DNA of 64,000 bases, taken from an uncultured Desulfosarcina sp. (GTDB lineage: Bacteria; Desulfobacterota; Desulfobacteria; Desulfobacterales; Desulfosarcinaceae). Location of the stretch: the NCBI GenBank assembly GCA_963674945.2, contig CAXXWQ010000003.1:832001-896000 (forward strand), given 5' to 3'. A program made the position numbers and the translations under genes. The notes under the pieces are model-generated. The model saw only the letters and a program-made list of their open reading frames with translations, was not told the DNA's origin and searched no databases. Below are positions 59,807 through 64,000 of the stretch, one piece after another; position 1 is the first letter of the stretch; every line of letters begins with the position of its first letter.

Positions 59807-61444
59807 TCAACTGGCGAGCATGATTTGGAGATACTTACTCTCAGCACCGACAAGCGCCTTTTCCATTTCCTCGCCATTCAGCTCATCCTCTGCCGAAATC
59901 TCCTGATTTTCCTGTCCTCCACCCCCTTCCTGACCCTGTTCCTGGCTATTCTCTTCTTCTGAACCTTCCTCCGATTCTCCACCTTCACCGCCGCCCCCCA
60001 TCATACCAGCCATGGCTTGCTGGTTTAACCACATGACATATTGAGGATTCAAGATAAGGCCGCCGCCCTTATCTTCCCCAAGCGGTTCGCGCCCAGCTTC
60101 AATCCGTGCCTCATCGACGGTAAGGTATGACCCCACTTCTTTTGTCCGAAGATCGATAACCTCTTTCTCATCTTTGGAGTCGATGCCGACCCAAACGAAT
60201 CGAAACTCATCCGTTAAGGGCTCGATGATGTAATGATTCACCCATCGGCCAACAGACGCAAGAAGAGGCCGAAGGCCTTTATCCTTCGACATCTTGAGCT
60301 TGGCTTCCTGATTGGATTCGAACAACGGTGCAGAACCACCGCTGCCGGCTGACATGAAGAACCCGATTTCTCCGGCGTCAATCGAATAAACAGCGCAAGC
60401 AATTTTTACAAGAAAATCAAGGTATTGTGTAAACTCCATTTCGCGGTTCGTCGAACCCATGTTGACGAATTCCACCCCATCCGTCTGAAGAATCGGCGTC
60501 GACCAGGCGTTTTTAGTTCCAGTAACCATCGCCCGCCACGCCCGCTTAAACGCTTCAAGCTGATCACCCATGACACCTGACTGGGCCTTGCCGGTTTTAA
60601 TATTGATCAATCCCTTCACGGCCGCTCCATTCTGGAAAAACTGACTGTTATGGGTCATGGCGTTGAAGATATTGGTCACGATCGACACGAGCTGCTCAAG
60701 CTCGCTCACCCCGTAACCATTATTCTTGATATTGGTCGTGGGATTCCGGATGCCGTACAAAATCTCATCCGGTTCGTATTCAGTGACTATTTGGCCATTG
60801 AGAACCTGGACGTACTTCTTGTCATCCAACCCTTCGTCATCTTTTTGAGCCAATGCCAAACGGATAGTCGCCGCATCAACAGCATAAAAAGAATGAAGAC
60901 CGCCTTTCCGGGTCGGAAGCAGCTCAGTCACAGCCGCATCGAATGTAAGTGAATCCCTCACCGTCTTTTTCAACCAGGTGTCGAAGTTATCTCTACCGGC
61001 ACGAGTCTGCTTGGGGTCGACATAACCACATCGACGAATGAAATTTTCTAAATCTTTGACATACTGCTCTTCGCTTTTGGACAACTTCTTATTCGGATCT
61101 TTGTGTGCGACACGGAAGCCAAGCTGATCATTGCCAGTGGTTTCCATCTCGCTGACGGGTGCCGAAAAAACTCCGACCTGCCGAATCCTCGTATTAACGA
61201 TCGAACTGATAATAGGATTCTTTTCGGCCATCACCCGAAGAGTATCCCAAGTTAAATTGCTCCGCCGTTCACGCCAGAGACCATATTGACTCGTAAAATC
61301 ATAAGGATTGACAAAAAAGGTTTGTGGAGTATCTCGACGTGCGGGGAGTTTTTCACCACTGACGCTTTCTTTTTTGGCTTTTGCCAATTCCTCCGCCGCG
61401 AACTCGTTCAACAGTTCAAAAAACTCTTGGTTTTCCATTGCCAT
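59807..61444 (-). CDS. Phage portal protein
   Basis: 545 aa; VRDSLTFD, YGVSELE, N..FFQNG..KG.I, MEF..YL..L...CAVY.ID..EI, LTVDEAR...GREPL..GG..ILNP. Confidence 0.9.
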   Translation of the reverse strand: MAMENQEFFELLNEFAAEELAKAKKESVSGEKLPARRDTPQTFFVNPYDFTSQYGLWRERRSNLTWDTLRVMAEKNPIISSIVNTRIRQVGVFSAPVSEMETTGNDQLGFRVAHKDPNKKLSKSEEQYVKDLENFIRRCGYVDPKQTRAGRDNFDTWLKKTVRDSLTFDAAVTELLPTRKGGLHSFYAVDAATIRLALAQKDDEGLDDKKYVQVLNGQIVTEYEPDEILYGIRNPTTNIKNNGYGVSELEQLVSIVTNIFNAMTHNSQFFQNGAAVKGLINIKTGKAQSGVMGDQLEAFKRAWRAMVTGTKNAWSTPILQTDGVEFVNMGSTNREMEFTQYLDFLVKIACAVYSIDAGEIGFFMSAGSGGSAPLFESNQEAKLKMSKDKGLRPLLASVGRWVNHYIIEPLTDEFRFVWVGIDSKDEKEVIDLRTKEVGSYLTVDEARIEAGREPLGEDKGGGLILNPQYVMWLNQQAMAGMMGGGGEGGESEEGSEEENSQEQGQEGGGGQENQEISAEDELNGEEMEKALVGAESKYLQIMLAS

Positions 61445-61668
61445 TAGAAATCCTCTATTGGTTTATTGAAAAGAGTGCGCGCCGCATACGGCAATTCACC
61501 GGTTGACTGTTCATCCAAATCCGCCCGGACGAGGCTCACATCCAAACCAGGAATATGAACATGCTGCCGATGACGACACTTGTTACACTCGACAACAGAA
61601 CCCTCAAGATTTATAGGATTAGTTTCCCCACCACATTCATTACACGCCATCTCTCCATCCGCTTTCAT
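61444..61668 (-). CDS. Small zinc-ribbon protein, first gene of the cluster
   Basis: CNECGG...CNKC; stop overlaps portal start. Confidence 0.55.
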   Translation of the reverse strand: MKADGEMACNECGGETNPINLEGSVVECNKCRHRQHVHIPGLDVSLVRADLDEQSTGELPYAARTLFNKPIEDF

Positions 61669-61669
61669 T

Positions 61670-61681
61670 GTAATTAATTAC
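61670..61681 (-). promoter_or_regulatory. GTAATTAATTAC palindrome, copy 11
   Basis: Exact copy, one base from ATG at 61668; marks right edge of cluster. Confidence 0.75.
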
Positions 61682-61882
61682 TTAAATTCTATAACATGGC
61701 GCAGGATGGTGTCAACTGGAAAGGTGAAATGCTATTATAAAATGTAGCGGCAAAAAGTTTGATACTACCTGTAGTTAAGGAATTTCCAAAAAACAGACGA
61801 CCGGTGCCTCCTGATCATGATTGCTTCAGGAGCCTTGTCCTGATACAGATGAAGGAAATAAGTGAACAAAGGAGGTCAGGAA

Positions 61883-62200
61883 TTGAAAGTGGCAATGATC
61901 ATCTGTCAGGACACGACCGAGGTTATTTGGAATGCCTTCAGGCTCGGCAACATGATGCTTGAGGGAATGGATGATGTCAGCATCTTTTTAAATGGTCCCT
62001 CTGTCAAATATGAGTCATTCGATTCTGACCAATTTCCCTTAAAGGAACTGGCAAAGATATTCACGCTTTCCGAAGGTCAGCTTCTTGCCTGAGGGAAATT
62101 ACTGGACCTTCACGGTGTGAAGGAAGGATACCATAAAAGGGGTACTCAGAAAGACCTTTATGATTTAATAAAAGAAAGTGATAAGGTGATTTCATTCTGA
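61883..62200 (+). CDS. DsrE-family protein, probable selenoprotein (in-frame TGA 62090-62092)
   Basis: GGAGG RBS + TTG start; WNAFRLGN..V.IFL.G..V, then LLA-TGA-G..DLYDLIKESDKVISF continues in frame; hairpin 62107-62123. Confidence 0.8.
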
Positions 62201-62358
62201 TTCATTCGAAAAAACAGAGGAGCTAACATGGGATGTTGCCATTCAGCTCCTTCGCGCTAAAGCCCGCTGGGATTAATAAAAATATGAAACAGGACATTTT
62301 GATAAACCAAACTACGGCCAGAACCTGCCAGGCAAATCGGTAGATGAGGAGTGATAAA

Positions 62359-62751
62359 ATGAAGAAATTAAAAATCAGATGGCAAAGGCTTGTCAATGAA
62401 ACTGGTAACACTTGCCCACGTTGTAGCGACACGGGCGATAATGTTGAAAGAGTGTTTAATAAACTTGAACAATCTTTGTCCAGCCTCAATATAGAAGTTG
62501 AATTAAAAAAAGAGACTTTGGATCTTTCAATTTTTACGAAAGACCCTCTTCAGTCCAACCGTATTTGGATTAAGGGGAAACCTATGGAAGAATGGATTGG
62601 CGCTACGGTTGGCAAAAGTCAGTGTTGCGATGTCTGTGGAGATGCCGAGTGTCGAACAATATCAATTGGCTCAAATACTTTTGAGACAATCCCGGAAAAT
62701 TTAATTATCAGAGCATGCCTCTTGGCGGCAGCAGAACTGTTTATCGATTAA
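62359..62751 (+). CDS. DUF2703-like thioredoxin-fold protein
   Basis: WQRLV...TCPRC..TG, SNRIWI.GKP.EEW, CCDVCGD.ECR. Confidence 0.75.
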   Translation: MKKLKIRWQRLVNETGNTCPRCSDTGDNVERVFNKLEQSLSSLNIEVELKKETLDLSIFTKDPLQSNRIWIKGKPMEEWIGATVGKSQCCDVCGDAECRTISIGSNTFETIPENLIIRACLLAAAELFID

Positions 62752-62856
62752 ATAAAAACATTTAACGATGTAAATTAACTCGGACTGCAAAAAATCGTGC
62801 CACTTAGCTCTCGGTTATTTGCACCGTTCTGGAGCACAAAAAAGGAGGAGATAAAC

Positions 62857-63390
62857 ATGCAAGCACGCGGTCCACTCATGATAGAGCATCGTCTGATTGA
62901 ACGAATGATTTCAGTTATTGAAAGAGTCCTATCCCAAATTGAATCGCAACACGAGGTAGATCCTGCTTTCGTTGATATATCCATTGATTTTATCCGGATT
63001 TACGCCGATCGCACTCATCACGGCAAGGAGGAAGATATTCTTTTTCGAGAATTGAATAAAAAACCAATGATCGAAAAAGACAGAAAAATCATGAAGGAGC
63101 TGATCGAGGAACACATATTTGGTCGCCAAATAACCAAATCGCTTTTTGAAGCCAATGCCCGCTACCGGAAAGGAGATGAGACTGCCTTGACCGAGATCGT
63201 CGCCAAGCTAAAAACCCTTATCGATTTTTATCCCAAACATATCGTGAAGGAAGACAAGGTGTTTTTCCCGGCCGCCAGAGCATATTTCACCGATGCGGAA
63301 GACCAAGCCATGCTATCAGAGTTTTGGGAATTTGATCGAAAAATGATTCATGAAAAATACAAATCGGTGGTTGAAGGATTGGAAACGTAA
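62857..63390 (+). CDS. Hemerythrin/HHE cation-binding domain protein
   Basis: LMIEHRLI, HHGKEEDILF, EEH..GR, HIVKEDKVFFP; AGGAGG RBS. Confidence 0.9.
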   Translation: MQARGPLMIEHRLIERMISVIERVLSQIESQHEVDPAFVDISIDFIRIYADRTHHGKEEDILFRELNKKPMIEKDRKIMKELIEEHIFGRQITKSLFEANARYRKGDETALTEIVAKLKTLIDFYPKHIVKEDKVFFPAARAYFTDAEDQAMLSEFWEFDRKMIHEKYKSVVEGLET

Positions 63391-64000
63391 CATTGTCGGA
63401 ATTTAATCGGCAACCTTCTACATTCTCCGGATCAAAACAGTCTGCATTTATCCTTTTACAAAAAATTGTTGTTCCCGGTACCAATTTCATGTTTGTGGTA
63501 AAACAAATTTCTTGTTCGCTAATATTAACCAATCGGGCCTTAATTTTTTTTGGACACCCCTTGAAAACAAGAAGATCGATCCTTCAGTCAGGCAGCGGTT
63601 AGACAGACGTTTTTCCGATAATCGACATCAAGACCACTAAGAATTGAACCCTGTAGCATGTCGGAATTTTTTAACCGGATGTTAAAATTTTTGCCGCTCT
63701 CACCATCACCACAATTCGATAATTCGATTTTTTTCACAACGAATTCGATATCGAAGGAATTCTCTTGAACTTTTTCACTTTCTCAATTCTATTAGAGAAA
63801 TAAAACTTTTAGGCAAGGACTCGATTCCACCAATATAGGTCACATCACTGGCGATTAAATCCCAGAAAAATTTGGGGGTATTAAAAAGTAAATCAGAACT
63901 ATCGAAGCGGTGTAAATAATACTTCAAAAGTTTGAGCTAAAAAACGGTGTCGAAAAGAGCCTATGATGTTCAGAGATTTGCCATTGTTTGATTGATATTT

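Larger units (their letters stand above)
6592..61681. mobile_element. Prophage-derived region (myovirus-type virion cluster plus small accessory block); boundaries approximate
   Basis: Contiguous head, neck, tail, baseplate and fibre genes with lysin and recombinase, flanked by host-type genes; no att sites found. Confidence 0.8.

Noticed and set aside
23984..61681. GTAATTAATTAC copies as a CRISPR array or recombination sites
   Set aside because: Dispersed over 38 kb, only 12 bp, no regular spacers or cas genes, and position tracks gene starts.
63393..64000. Short ORFs at the right edge, possibly PilZ-like remnants on the minus strand
   Set aside because: Too fragmentary to support a call.

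Overview
The window is bacterial DNA; the flanking gene types suggest an anaerobic Desulfobacterota-like host (inference only). The left flank (1-~6.4 kb) has an IS1380-family element, a CBM48/early-set protein, Hsp20, PilZ and a Cache-domain chemoreceptor. The right flank (~61.8-64 kb) has a probable selenocysteine-containing DsrE protein, a DUF2703-like protein and hemerythrin. Between them is a ~55 kb phage-derived region. A short plus-strand block (macro domain, HicBA, small tyrosine recombinase) faces a ~49 kb minus-strand, apparently complete myovirus head+neck+contractile-tail cluster of A511/Twort-like architecture. I see no terminase, replication module or repressor in the window. About 20 kb of extra genes lie between portal and prohead protease: MuF, HAD, a sigma-70-like protein, an HD phosphohydrolase, an InPase-type protein, a GNAT-like protein, a fibre module, a patatin/GH108 cassette and a 980-aa PARP-like ADP-ribosyltransferase split by an IS. 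Several of these share an N-terminal (L/I)xK(A/S)-HVKxHxR...KDYD motif and KOW-like repeats, suggesting capsid-loaded effectors. An exact or near-exact palindrome GTAATTAATTAC sits upstream of 11 minus-strand genes in the cluster, and I found it nowhere else. Three further IS elements with target-site duplications are resolved. All family calls come from motif recognition by eye; no searches were run.
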